In this document: positions 9,322 to 19,589 of the stretch, piece by piece
How positions within the stretch are numbered: position 1 is the first letter of the stretch
How the letters are laid out: each line of letters opens with the position of its first letter
DNA from: Gammaproteobacteria bacterium
GTDB taxonomy: Bacteria > Pseudomonadota > Gammaproteobacteria > UBA4575
Length of the DNA stretch: 64,000 nucleotides
Assembly: GCA_965222615.1 (NCBI GenBank)
Contig: CBDCUI010000007.1
Location: 160,001 to 224,000 of the forward strand
Direction: 5' to 3'
Notes under the pieces: model-generated
Databases searched by the model: none
Told to the model about the DNA's origin: nothing
Seen by the model: only the letters and a program-made list of their open reading frames with translations
Program-made: the position numbers and the translations under genes

Positions 9322-10579
9322 AGTTAAAACTCTTGGTGCACGTATAGCATTTGCAATGCTAAGCATTGTCGCAATTGGTGTTTTTATTCTAGGCATTGTG
9401 TTCTTTTTCACGTTTGACCATATGGAACATAAGCTATTGGAAATGTTAGACAGTTATGCAGTTCAGAACCTAAGTGAAGACGAATTTCAAAATACTACAC
9501 CAAATAGTGAACCTGAATTATTAGAAGAACAATTATTTTCAAGATTCTCCTCTTCTGACAATATCCCAGTTGAATTTAAGAAATTGAATGTGGGTTTTCA
9601 TCACGATGTCAAATACAACGGACGAAGTTATCATGTTGCAGTTAAAGAATTTGAAGGCACAAAAAAATATTTGCTTTTTGATATTACAGATATCGAAACA
9701 CAAGAACATGCACTTACTACAGTTATCATAGTTGCCACAACTGGTGTACTTATTATTGCAATTTGGGTTGCATATTGGCTATCGAGAAAAGTTATTCGAC
9801 CAGTACGAGAACTTGCTGAACAAGTCGGAGCTTTAGATCCAAATCAACGCAATATTCGTCTGGCAAAACAATATAATGATGTAGAAGTCGGCTTAATCGC
9901 CCAGTCATTTGATCATTATATGGAACGTTTAGATGGATTTGTCGAACGCGAACAATCTTTTACTTCTACTGCTAGCCACGAATTACGTACACCGCTTTCT
10001 GTTATATCAACTTCTGTCGAACTACTAGAAAATTCAGGGGAGCTTTCCACAAACTCTAAACAATATTTGAGTAAAATTAAAAAAAGTGCTAATGAAATGA
10101 CAAACCTTATCAGCTCATTATTATTTTTAGCACGCGAAGACTTACCTAATAATTATAAACAAATTGAACATACTGATATTTCACAACTCGCACATAACAT
10201 CGTTGACACCTATAGGTATATTGAAAAAGATAAAGACATCAAGCTATCAGTAACGGGGAACCAAAAAATGGAAATTGGTGCCCACAAAAGCCATGTGCAG
10301 ATTGTAATCAGCAATCTTTTGAATAATGCTATACGTTATACTCAAAAAGGTCGTGTTCAAATTATACTGCATGACAGTAAACTTGAAGTTGTGGATACCG
10401 GAAGTGGTATCGATGAATTAACATTGCAAAATGTTTTTGAGCGCGGCTTCCGTGGACTTGATAGCGCTGGTTATGGCTTTGGACTGTATATTTGCAAGCG
10501 CATCTGCGAACGCTATGGTTGGGATATATCTATATTTCGTAATAAAGATATCGGCTCTACAGCTATCGTTAGCTTCTAG
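9314..10579 (+). CDS. HAMP sensor histidine kinase
   Basis: Two TM segments, ASHELRTPL H-box, NLLNNAIRY N-box, DTGSGI and GYGFGL boxes; overlaps the regulator gene. Confidence 0.95.
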   Translation: MVKVKTLGARIAFAMLSIVAIGVFILGIVFFFTFDHMEHKLLEMLDSYAVQNLSEDEFQNTTPNSEPELLEEQLFSRFSSSDNIPVEFKKLNVGFHHDVKYNGRSYHVAVKEFEGTKKYLLFDITDIETQEHALTTVIIVATTGVLIIAIWVAYWLSRKVIRPVRELAEQVGALDPNQRNIRLAKQYNDVEVGLIAQSFDHYMERLDGFVEREQSFTSTASHELRTPLSVISTSVELLENSGELSTNSKQYLSKIKKSANEMTNLISSLLFLAREDLPNNYKQIEHTDISQLAHNIVDTYRYIEKDKDIKLSVTGNQKMEIGAHKSHVQIVISNLLNNAIRYTQKGRVQIILHDSKLEVVDTGSGIDELTLQNVFERGFRGLDSAGYGFGLYICKRICERYGWDISIFRNKDIGSTAIVSF

Positions 10580-10626
10580 ATAACTGGACTAAAAAATAGC
10601 GATGAACGGCAAATCCTCTTTTGTCG

Positions 10627-10655
10627 TTTACATTTTGTTCACATCCTATTTACAA
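10627..10655 (+). promoter_or_regulatory. Three 11-bp-spaced TT(T/C)ACA(T/A) repeats upstream of the biosynthetic operon
   Basis: TTTACAT at 10627, TTCACAT at 10638, TTTACAA at 10649; same motif as at 8513-8597. Confidence 0.6.
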
Positions 10656-10738
10656 ATGAACCACACCTATTTTTGTAATCTTTTCATATAGTTTGAACAT
10701 ATAAAGAGATTTCTTACACCAACAAGGCAATAAAACTC

Positions 10739-11398
10739 ATGGACGAATATAGTGGAGATCACAGCATGCTGGCCCTAAAAGAAGCTTCTTTCGATAATCC
10801 TATCCAATTACTAACAAAGGATAAGACACAATTTTTGCCATTGATACATAGGAACAATGATCCCAGCGCCTTTGCTGCAACTCAGTTTATAAAATCAGAA
10901 TTTCGCAAGCATTACAACGCATATGTTACTGAGTTCATGCCCAATCTAGTATCAATTATCAATAAAAATAAGAAAGTCAGAGCAGCTGTAGGTTATCGTG
11001 GCGCCACTACTGGTGAATTGTTTCTTGAACAGTATCTAGATAAACCTTTAGATACATATATCTCTGAATACTGCGGAGCTGACGTAACACGCGATCAAAT
11101 TGTTGAAGTTGGGAACTTGGCTTGTGCAGCTAATGGCTATGCAAGATTAGTCATTATTCGCTTGACAGAAATTCTTTATCGTAGTGGTTATCGATGGGTT
11201 GGTTTTACTGCAACACAAAATTTACTAAATTCTTTTCTTCGCTTAGGCCTCACTCCACATGCAATTACCTCTGCGGATGTATCACGCTTGAAAAATTCTA
11301 CTAACGATTGGGGCACCTATTACGATAATAATCCACAAGTAATGTTTGGAAGTATTGAGTGGGGATATAACAAACTCAAAGAAGAACATTTTATATAG
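10739..11398 (+). CDS. Thermostable hemolysin family protein
   Basis: AAVGYRGA, LFLEQYLD, RDQIVEVGNLA, WVGFTAT, WGTYYDNNPQV; first gene of a known conserved cluster. Confidence 0.85.
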   Translation: MDEYSGDHSMLALKEASFDNPIQLLTKDKTQFLPLIHRNNDPSAFAATQFIKSEFRKHYNAYVTEFMPNLVSIINKNKKVRAAVGYRGATTGELFLEQYLDKPLDTYISEYCGADVTRDQIVEVGNLACAANGYARLVIIRLTEILYRSGYRWVGFTATQNLLNSFLRLGLTPHAITSADVSRLKNSTNDWGTYYDNNPQVMFGSIEWGYNKLKEEHFI

Positions 11399-11416
11399 AA
11401 AATTACATTTTGATAG

Positions 11417-12919
11417 ATGACTATATTAGAACAGCTACCATTACAAAATAATTCGGACTGTGCTCTTATTTCATCGCATGGAATAATGAAGTATGCCGAT
11501 GTGGTTGAAAAAATTTATCTCTATGCAGATTTCTTACAAGGACTTCGGCCTAAGTGCATTGCACTGTATTTAGATAATTGTTTCGAGTGGGTTATTACAG
11601 ATTTAGCTGCACATTTAAGCAATATCCCAGTCGTTCCACTACCCACTTTCTTTTCTCAAGCACAACTAATTCACTTAATAGATGATGTAAATGCTGATTT
11701 ACTCATTACCAACAAACAACTTAGCAAACAGCCATTACTTAGTCTATTCCAAAAAGAACCTATAAAAAGAGAACCTACTGGTGTTGAGCTGTATCAAAGA
11801 ACAATTTCATCAACAGTAAAGTACCCTGCTGGACTATCAAAGATTACTTATACTTCAGGCTCTACTGGCAGTCCCAAAGGAGTTTGCTTAAGCGCTAAAG
11901 CTCAACTCGAAGTAGTTAGTAGTTTACGCACTATCCTACAACCACTAAATATTAAAAAACATCTTTGTGTTCTTCCTCTTAGTACTTTACTTGAAAATAT
12001 TGCAGGTGTTTGGGCACCTTTATCGACTGGAGCTTTAGTTGCCGTACCTTCGTTACGAAAGCTCGGCTTTGAAGGTGCAAGTCAATTAAGACCACAACAA
12101 TTTCTAAATACTATTTTTCAGCATGATCCAGAAAGCATCATTTTGGTCCCAGAACTACTAAAAGTACTTGTATCAGCTTATGAAGCCGGAGCACTAAGAT
12201 CGCTTAATCTAAAGTTTATTGCCGTGGGCGGAGCGAAAGTAAGCTCATCTCTTTTAAAACGCGCACAGTCTCTAGGGCTTCCTGTATACGAAGGCTATGG
12301 CTTATCCGAATGTTGCTCAGTGGTTTCATTAAACCGGCCCTTCCAAAATAAATTAGGAACTTCGGGACAAGTCCTACCACACGCAAAAATGCGCATTTCT
12401 GATGACAACGAAATTGAAGTTTTGGGCAGCAACATGCTCGGATATCTACATCAAGAAAGCCTAATGCCTGATTTTTACCCAACAGGTGATCTTGGTGAAA
12501 TTGACGACGATGGTTATATTAAAATTAATGGTCGCAAAAAAAATATGTTTATCACATCATATGGAAGGAAAGTAAACCCGGAATGGATTGAAGAAGTTTT
12601 GCTTGAGCATGAGCTAATCAAGCAAACAATCGTTTTTGGAGAAAACCTGTCTTTTAACATTGCGATTATAGTACCAAACACAAAAGACATAAATAAGCAA
12701 AGTATTGCTCATGCAGTAGCTCAATCTAATTTATCTTTACCAAATTATGCAAGAGTTTCACGTTATCTGATTGCTGACTCTCCTTTTAATTTTAAAAGCG
12801 GGACACTCACTTCAAATGGAAAACTTAAACGTGATGCGATTTGGAAGTTATATGAAAAAGATATCCAGTTACTAACCGAAAATGCTAAGGGAATGAGCTT
12901 CACTGCTGCGGCTATGTAG
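11417..12919 (+). CDS. AMP-dependent synthetase/ligase (acyl-CoA synthetase-like)
   Basis: KITYTSGSTGSPKGV, YEGYGLSEC, TGDLG, GRKKN, NGKLKR. Confidence 0.92.
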   Translation: MTILEQLPLQNNSDCALISSHGIMKYADVVEKIYLYADFLQGLRPKCIALYLDNCFEWVITDLAAHLSNIPVVPLPTFFSQAQLIHLIDDVNADLLITNKQLSKQPLLSLFQKEPIKREPTGVELYQRTISSTVKYPAGLSKITYTSGSTGSPKGVCLSAKAQLEVVSSLRTILQPLNIKKHLCVLPLSTLLENIAGVWAPLSTGALVAVPSLRKLGFEGASQLRPQQFLNTIFQHDPESIILVPELLKVLVSAYEAGALRSLNLKFIAVGGAKVSSSLLKRAQSLGLPVYEGYGLSECCSVVSLNRPFQNKLGTSGQVLPHAKMRISDDNEIEVLGSNMLGYLHQESLMPDFYPTGDLGEIDDDGYIKINGRKKNMFITSYGRKVNPEWIEEVLLEHELIKQTIVFGENLSFNIAIIVPNTKDINKQSIAHAVAQSNLSLPNYARVSRYLIADSPFNFKSGTLTSNGKLKRDAIWKLYEKDIQLLTENAKGMSFTAAAM

Positions 12920-12928
12920 GAGTACATC

Positions 12929-13603
12929 ATGGAATTTTTTAACGTAATCCAACAACACACACAAAAAGAGCGTGAGTATTTGTTGAGTTCGCCCATTATT
13001 ACTCAATGTATGCAGGGTGTAGTATCTCTTGAAAGTTACATTGCATTCTTAACTCAGGCTTATCACCATGTAAAACACACTGTACCGCTGTTTATGGCAT
13101 GTGGAAGTCGCCTACCAGAGCGTCTCGAATGGTTGCGAGAAGCGGTCGCTGAATATATAGAAGAAGAAATCGGTCATCAAGAATGGATACTCAATGATCT
13201 GCAAGCTTGCGGTGAAGACAAAGACAACATTCGTACTTCTACACCTAATTTTGAAACCGAGCTTATGGTCAGCTATGCCTATGATACGGTTAATAGAAAA
13301 AACCCTATGAGCTTGTTTGGCATGGTGAATGTTCTCGAAGGAACCAGTGTTGCTCTAGCCACAAATGCTGCCTCTATCATACAAAATAAATTAAATCTAG
13401 ATGAAGAAGCATTTAGTTATTTAAATTCTCATGGCAGCTTAGACCTGAAACATATCGAGTTTTATAAAGACCTTATGAACAGGCTAGATAACGAAGACGA
13501 TAAAAAAGCAATAATCCATTGTTCAAAAGCTGTATATATTTTATATGCAAATATTTTCCGATCTTTACCACTAGCAGATGAAAAACTTGTTCGGGTGGCA
13601 TAG
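12929..13603 (+). CDS. Heme-oxygenase-like (TenA/PqqC fold) iron-containing redox enzyme
   Basis: YIAFLTQAYHHVKHTVP, EEEIGHQEWIL, VLEGTS, SHGSLDLKH candidate diiron ligands. Confidence 0.85.
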   Translation: MEFFNVIQQHTQKEREYLLSSPIITQCMQGVVSLESYIAFLTQAYHHVKHTVPLFMACGSRLPERLEWLREAVAEYIEEEIGHQEWILNDLQACGEDKDNIRTSTPNFETELMVSYAYDTVNRKNPMSLFGMVNVLEGTSVALATNAASIIQNKLNLDEEAFSYLNSHGSLDLKHIEFYKDLMNRLDNEDDKKAIIHCSKAVYILYANIFRSLPLADEKLVRVA

Positions 13604-13606
13604 AGG

Positions 13607-14398
13607 ATGAAATTGAACAATACACGTGTATTACTCACCGGAGCAAGTGGCGGCATCGGCTCTGAAGTATGCAAACAGTTATTAGAGAATAATACCACTG
13701 TATTTGCTGTATCTCGTTATGAAAAAAAACTAAATGAGTTATTTTCTGTTGTAAGAAATCAGAAAGATCATTTTATTAAAATTGAAGCCGACATCACCAC
13801 GCAGTCTGGCCGTAATAAAATAATAGATATTATCAATGCTGAAAACAGTGGTATTAATGTCTTAATCAATTGCGCAGGCAGCAATTTATTCGCATCTGTA
13901 AGCGATCTAACAGAAAAAGACGTTATTCAACAAGTGAATACTAATTTAGTCGCGCCTATTTTGTTAATTCAATCCATGCTGCCAATACTCAAACAGCAAA
14001 CCAATGCAACAATAATTAACATCGGATCTAGCTTTGATTCAATTGGCTTTCCTGGGTTCTCAGTATATTCCGCTACAAAGTTTGGCTTAAGAGGGTTTTC
14101 GGAATCTTTACGAAGAGAATTATCCGATACCAATATTAAGGTTTGTATGGTTTCACCTCGTGCCACTAATACGGAAATGAATGGCACTAAAGTTCAACAC
14201 ATGAATAATGCTTTAAAAGTAAAAACTGATAGTGCAGATCAGGTTGCAAAAATAATTTTAAAAACGATTCAAAACTCCAGTTTAGAAAAATATATCGGTT
14301 GGCCAGAAAAATTGTTTGCGCGCATCAATAGAGTATTTCCATCTGTCGTAGATGGAGCAATATCTAAACAATTGCCGATAATAAAGCAGTATTTTTAA
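13607..14398 (+). CDS. Short-chain dehydrogenase/reductase
   Basis: TGASGGIG, INCAG, YSATK catalytic motif. Confidence 0.92.
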   Translation: MKLNNTRVLLTGASGGIGSEVCKQLLENNTTVFAVSRYEKKLNELFSVVRNQKDHFIKIEADITTQSGRNKIIDIINAENSGINVLINCAGSNLFASVSDLTEKDVIQQVNTNLVAPILLIQSMLPILKQQTNATIINIGSSFDSIGFPGFSVYSATKFGLRGFSESLRRELSDTNIKVCMVSPRATNTEMNGTKVQHMNNALKVKTDSADQVAKIILKTIQNSSLEKYIGWPEKLFARINRVFPSVVDGAISKQLPIIKQYF

Positions 14399-14412
14399 TA
14401 GAGGTACATATC

Positions 14413-15060
14413 ATGAAAAAATATGTTTTAAATATTCTAGTCATTTTAGTCATCTTTTTTATCCCATTTATAGCTGTGAATGCGGATTTTGATGGTGAGC
14501 TTCTAGAAATCCAACACGAGTGGGCAACTGCAAACTATCAACTTAAGGGAGATTCTCAGAAAAAAGCATTTGAAACTTTATTAAAAAAAACCAATACAAT
14601 AGTTTCTGCAAATCCAAATTCGGCCGAAGCCTTGATTTGGGACGGAATTGTAAATAGCACCTACGCAGGAGTCAGAGGTGGTGCTGGGGCATTAAAATAT
14701 GCAAAACATGCACGCAAAAATTTTGAAGCAGCAATTAAGATTAATCCTAAAGCTTTAGATGGCTCTGCCTATACAAGCTTAGGCACTCTGTATTACAAAG
14801 TCCCAGGTTTCCCAATTGGGTTTGGTAGCAATAAAAAGGCAGAATTGAACTTAAAAAAGGCCTTAGAGATCAATCCAAATGGTATTGACCCTAATTATTT
14901 CTATGGTGATTTTCTAATTGATAGAAAGCGTTATGACGAGGCTATTGTGATCTTAAACAAAGCCAAAGCTGCTCCAGATCGACCACAGCGCCCTATTGCA
15001 GATAGAGGTCGACGCGGCGAAATTGATAAAGCACTAGCAATTGCACAATCTAAAAAGTAA
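14413..15060 (+). CDS. Exported TPR-repeat protein
   Basis: Signal peptide, AEALIWDGI, GSAYTSLGTLYYKVPGFP, ALEINPNGIDPNYFYGDFL. Confidence 0.85.
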   Translation: MKKYVLNILVILVIFFIPFIAVNADFDGELLEIQHEWATANYQLKGDSQKKAFETLLKKTNTIVSANPNSAEALIWDGIVNSTYAGVRGGAGALKYAKHARKNFEAAIKINPKALDGSAYTSLGTLYYKVPGFPIGFGSNKKAELNLKKALEINPNGIDPNYFYGDFLIDRKRYDEAIVILNKAKAAPDRPQRPIADRGRRGEIDKALAIAQSKK

Positions 15061-15068
15061 CGTGGTTA

Positions 15069-16283
15069 TCAAAAATAATATGCAATATCAATTTGCAAAT
15101 AATCATCACGATGAAAATTATGCAACGGGTCTTGGTTGGCTACATTACTAAAGATTTGTAATTCGCTTTCTAAGCGCCAGCTGTCACTGAAACGGCGTTG
15201 TAGCTCAACACGAAAACTTTGACTATCAAAATCAAAATCATATATCCCACCCGCCAAAATCTCGGTATCTTGCACATCGTTAAATGCATAGCGCATGCCT
15301 AAGAACACATCGTCTTGAAAACCCGTAGGGGCATCTCGTTTTCGATCATCAAAGTGATATTCCGTTAACACTCCAATATCTGCAGCACTTTCCATCACGC
15401 CATAAAATGTGTATTCAAATCCACCTACTGCTGCGGTGAAGTCGCGACCTTTTTTAGTTTGCAAAATAGCTTCTAGTTTCCAGGTCCAATTACCTATAAT
15501 GGCTTGCAGATCCAAACCAGTTTGATCAATTAGCCCATAGAATGGAATAAGTTCTATTTCTCCATTTGAATTCAAAGTAGGTCGTAACTCCGGAGCACGT
15601 GAGGTGCCGTTGAAATGCGATAATCCTAAATCGACTGGACCAAATTGTGTTTTTAATCTTACTGCCCAATCAACATGATATTCCTCAGCTCCAGATTCAT
15701 ATTCTTCATTATCTGTGTCCACCACCAAACCCGTTCGTAACCGACCTTTGCGACCAGGAAAAGTTCTTTCGCGAAATCCTGGCAAGATATAAAACTGTAA
15801 TGCCCCCCAATCCTGTAACCAGGTGGTTTCTATCATTGGCTGCCCCAATTTATCTTCTGTATCTAAATTTTCGACTAAATCCGTCTGATTAATAATATCG
15901 ACAAGATGCTGAGACTCGGTTACACCCCAAAATACTTTGGCTAAACCAATCCGGAATTCCCAATCACCAATAACATGTAAATAATGTGCTTCACGAATAT
16001 CAACATGTGTACGTTCAGGATCGGTGGAATCTAAGCGTACAAATGGCGTGAACGTGATCGCACGAAAACCTGCGTTCCATTCTTGGTAATACTCGGGTTC
16101 AAATGCTAAAGAAAGATCGCCATCACGTTGTTGACTATGCTGTGCATCCTGCCAAAATGCACGACTTTGCCCCGAAACATAACCAGACCAACTACCGTGG
16201 TTATCTTCTGCACTAGACAGTGGTGCTGAAAGAATACACAGCGAGACAATTAAAATACTGCAAGTATCTTTTAAATATTTCAT
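15069..16283 (-). CDS. Putative outer-membrane beta-barrel protein of the MMPL/LolA-like module
   Basis: Signal peptide, VFWGVTESQHLVDIINQTD motif, C-terminal LQIDIAYYF. Confidence 0.75.
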   Translation of the reverse strand: MKYLKDTCSILIVSLCILSAPLSSAEDNHGSWSGYVSGQSRAFWQDAQHSQQRDGDLSLAFEPEYYQEWNAGFRAITFTPFVRLDSTDPERTHVDIREAHYLHVIGDWEFRIGLAKVFWGVTESQHLVDIINQTDLVENLDTEDKLGQPMIETTWLQDWGALQFYILPGFRERTFPGRKGRLRTGLVVDTDNEEYESGAEEYHVDWAVRLKTQFGPVDLGLSHFNGTSRAPELRPTLNSNGEIELIPFYGLIDQTGLDLQAIIGNWTWKLEAILQTKKGRDFTAAVGGFEYTFYGVMESAADIGVLTEYHFDDRKRDAPTGFQDDVFLGMRYAFNDVQDTEILAGGIYDFDFDSQSFRVELQRRFSDSWRLESELQIFSNVANQDPLHNFHRDDYLQIDIAYYF

Positions 16284-16300
16284 TAATTATTAAATCACTC

Positions 16301-16440
16301 GTCATTGCGTGAGCGCACGGATGCGCGAATATCATATCCATCAGGAATGATGAAACACATTTTTAGTATTTTTATACGAAGCAATCCAGTCAACAATAAA
16401 AGATGGATCGCCACGTAATCTAAAGATCACTCGTGATGAC
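16301..16440. repeat. REP-like element, second copy, with an internal insert
   Basis: GTCATTGCG-[TGAGCGCACGGATGCGCGAAT...]-GAAGCAATCCAGT...GGATCGCCACG...CTCGTGATGAC; flanks match 3999-4076. Confidence 0.65.
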
Positions 16441-16516
16441 AATACTTTTTGTTATCGTTAGGCCCAAGGTTCTAGCTCATACCCACCACTTTTAAATACA
16501 ATAATAGTCATCATTA

Positions 16517-17317
16517 CTATCGTAATCTCGGCAATGCATTAGGATTGAAATCGCGTTTTGCAACTTCCGTCTTGAACTTATAGTTTGCCCATTTCAGAGT
16601 TGTACTTTTCCCAGTTTGATGATTTTGCATAAACATTTCATCGGGCCGCCAGTAATAATCAATATGTTCTTGATAACCTGAATAGGTGAGTGTTTTGAGC
16701 AGAGCATTTTTGCGATCATAGAACTCGACTTTAACCGCGCGATATTCTTCTTTATCGATCCAGCCAATTTGTCTGGTATAACCTGAATATTCATATTCGG
16801 GATAACGTTCGACAACATAACACTCCCATTCACCACAGGCCTCATCGCGAAGGTATTTATAGGAATATTTTTCAACTTCCTGCGAGCCCAAGTCTTCAAA
16901 GGCAAATTCGCTACCTACAAAGGGTCCGGACTTATTACGCGAATTAATGCGCTTTACTCGTTTCAATGCGGGCAAGTAGAGCCACTGATCATCTGGTTCT
17001 AGGCCATGACTGTATGTAAGTACCGCAGTATGTTTTACATCGGCCGGCCGATCAAATATAGATAAAGTCTTATCTCCATCACCCTTTACCTCAAGCGTAC
17101 GTGTACGTATATATCGTGTACTTTCCTGACCTTTGCGATTACGCAATATCATGACCAAATCTGCAGTTTGCGTCTCAAAACCTGCATCGCGCTTATCTGC
17201 TGCAACAGCAATGGCCAAGCCTTTTTCTTCAGGTGTTTCAGCAAACGCGACAATACTAACTAGCAGCAGCCATGTCAGGAACCATATCTTTTTCATTCCT
17301 ACTCTCCTCAAGAGCAA
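16517..17317 (-). CDS. Outer-membrane lipoprotein-sorting (LolA-like) protein
   Basis: Signal peptide (likely start MKKIW), DDQWLYLPALKRVKRI, PFVGSEFAFEDL, ALLKTL. Confidence 0.88.
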   Translation of the reverse strand: MLLRRVGMKKIWFLTWLLLVSIVAFAETPEEKGLAIAVAADKRDAGFETQTADLVMILRNRKGQESTRYIRTRTLEVKGDGDKTLSIFDRPADVKHTAVLTYSHGLEPDDQWLYLPALKRVKRINSRNKSGPFVGSEFAFEDLGSQEVEKYSYKYLRDEACGEWECYVVERYPEYEYSGYTRQIGWIDKEEYRAVKVEFYDRKNALLKTLTYSGYQEHIDYYWRPDEMFMQNHQTGKSTTLKWANYKFKTEVAKRDFNPNALPRLR

Positions 17318-19589
17318 TCAATAACGGTGGTAAAAATAAGAAATCAATAATAAGTGCAATCACAATGGTAATTGCTGTTAAGAGTCCCATCGCTGAATTT
17401 AGTTCAAATGCAGACATCGCTAACACTAAGAATCCAGCTGCCAAAACAATCGTCGTAACTAATAATGCAGTGCCTACATTTGCAAAGGCATAGCGCACTG
17501 CATCGGTTGCACTAAGATTTTTTTCACGTTTCGCACGTAAATACTTGCTCATGAAATGCACGGTATCATCCACGACAATACCCAAGGTCATTCCAGCAAC
17601 CACGGATAGTGCCAAACCAATTTCGCTATCAAAAATTGCCCACACACCAAATGCAACCCCGATTGGTGTTAGATTTGGAATCATGCTTATTAGACCTAAC
17701 TTAAATGAACGCAAAGCAAAAATTAAAATGAGTGAGATTAGTGCTAATGCCGCTAAAGTGCCAACAATCATACTGTAAATGTTGCGCACTGCTAAATGTG
17801 AAAAGATCACTGCCGGGCTTGAAATAGATGCTTTTATTCCCTTGGCATTTTGCTCTAACCACTCTCTGGCTCTTGCTTCAAAATCAAGCATCTGTTTAGT
17901 ACTGAGTGTTTTTAATGTAGTGGATATGCGCGTTGATGATTTATCTACATTAATCTGATCGTTTAGATCTAATCCATACGGTAAAGACATTTCATAAAGC
18001 AAAAGATACTGCGCGGCTAATTCTCGATTCGTAGGTAAACTATATTGTTTTTCATTATCAGCATGCATATTTTTATTCAGACGTTTGAAGGTATCCGATA
18101 ATGTATTCACATGCATCACTTCAGGCTGCTTTCTATTCCAAGCAGTAAAGTTATCCATTTTTCTTAAAAATTCTGGTTCACTAATACCTCCAGAATCCTC
18201 CGTTTCTAGGGAAATTTGGATACTATATAAACCCGTGACTTTGTCTGCGACATAATCAGTATGACGACGAAACTCAATTGATTCATCAAAATACTCTACA
18301 AATCTATCGTTGATCTCATTACGTGGAACGATGGCAATAAATGCCACAATAATCGCACCCATTGTCCATAAAAGGATACGACGTTTATTGATAACAAACT
18401 CAGCAAAGTTTTGCATAAGTCGAGTTTTTCTATCCGGGCGCTGTTTCACTTTAAATGGCAACATTGCAGTTAATGCAGGTAAAAATAAAACAGACAATAA
18501 AAACGCATACGTAACACCCATTGCCGTGATATTGCCAAGATCACGAAATGGTGGCACATCACTAAAGTTTAAACTTAAAAAACCAATCACCGTGGTTAAG
18601 GATGTCAAAAAGATAGGATGAAAATTAATGCGTAGTGATTCTTTAATCGCAGCAATCTTATCCATACCGGAACGCATAGCATTTAAAAATGTTGTAAGAA
18701 AATGTACGCAATCTGCAACCGCTAAAGTAAGAATCATAGTAGGCGCAGATGCTGAAGGAGGTGTAAGTTTAAAACCTAACCAGCCGGCTGTGCCCATACC
18801 CATCAAGATTGAAAAAATAATAACTAGTAATGTAGAAAACGTCCCGGTAATACTGTGAGTAAACAAGAACAACCCTATAATGATGGCAACAAAAGCAAAT
18901 GGAATTAGATTTTTCATATCATTCTTACTTGCTTCTGGAAAAGCATTATTCATCATCACAATTCCAGTTGTATAAACATCAATCTCTGGGTGTGATTGTT
19001 CAAAATCTTTGATCATGCCACGTGTGAACGAAACTACCTCTGGGCCTTCGGCTGTTGGGTTTTCACCCGGTAATTCTATGGTGATATTCACCCCTGCTGC
19101 AGCAGAAGAGGCAGATACCAAACGATGCACTAACAGCGGTTCATTTAAGGCAACATTTTTTATGTACGCCAGATTTTCAGAAGTGAGGTTTTGAGCATCG
19201 TCTACTAAATCTATGACTATTAATTCATCGCCATCTGCATAGGTATGTTGAAAATTAGTAATCGAATCGACACGAATAGAATATGGAACTTGCCAAGATT
19301 GCTCAGTAAGTTCTTTTAACGCAGTTAAAAACTCTTTGTTGAATACATCTCCACTTTTTGGTTCCAACATAATATATACATTGTCATTTTTAGTATACGT
19401 ATCTTGGAGAGCTTCGAATTCAATCAACTGTGGATTATCTTCACTAAAAAAGTAACGATAGTCATTAGTAAAAACTAAATTTTTGCCTCCAGCAGCAAGT
19501 GTGAAGACAACTGCAATAGTTGCAAGGACAACTAGATACCGCCAGCGAATTACCCAATCTGAATATTTTCCAATCATTTTTATTCTCAT
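17256..19589 (-). CDS. MMPL/RND-superfamily transporter
   Basis: Two-repeat architecture with about 12 TM helices; AVADCVHF, TSLTTVIGFLSL, LGIVVDDTVHF. Confidence 0.92.
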   Translation of the reverse strand: MRIKMIGKYSDWVIRWRYLVVLATIAVVFTLAAGGKNLVFTNDYRYFFSEDNPQLIEFEALQDTYTKNDNVYIMLEPKSGDVFNKEFLTALKELTEQSWQVPYSIRVDSITNFQHTYADGDELIVIDLVDDAQNLTSENLAYIKNVALNEPLLVHRLVSASSAAAGVNITIELPGENPTAEGPEVVSFTRGMIKDFEQSHPEIDVYTTGIVMMNNAFPEASKNDMKNLIPFAFVAIIIGLFLFTHSITGTFSTLLVIIFSILMGMGTAGWLGFKLTPPSASAPTMILTLAVADCVHFLTTFLNAMRSGMDKIAAIKESLRINFHPIFLTSLTTVIGFLSLNFSDVPPFRDLGNITAMGVTYAFLLSVLFLPALTAMLPFKVKQRPDRKTRLMQNFAEFVINKRRILLWTMGAIIVAFIAIVPRNEINDRFVEYFDESIEFRRHTDYVADKVTGLYSIQISLETEDSGGISEPEFLRKMDNFTAWNRKQPEVMHVNTLSDTFKRLNKNMHADNEKQYSLPTNRELAAQYLLLYEMSLPYGLDLNDQINVDKSSTRISTTLKTLSTKQMLDFEARAREWLEQNAKGIKASISSPAVIFSHLAVRNIYSMIVGTLAALALISLILIFALRSFKLGLISMIPNLTPIGVAFGVWAIFDSEIGLALSVVAGMTLGIVVDDTVHFMSKYLRAKREKNLSATDAVRYAFANVGTALLVTTIVLAAGFLVLAMSAFELNSAMGLLTAITIVIALIIDFLFLPPLLIALEESRNEKDMVPDMAAAS

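Noticed and set aside
10739-11398. Virulence hemolysin interpretation
   Set aside because: No signal peptide, and the gene is embedded in an enzymatic operon; the family name alone is not evidence of toxin function
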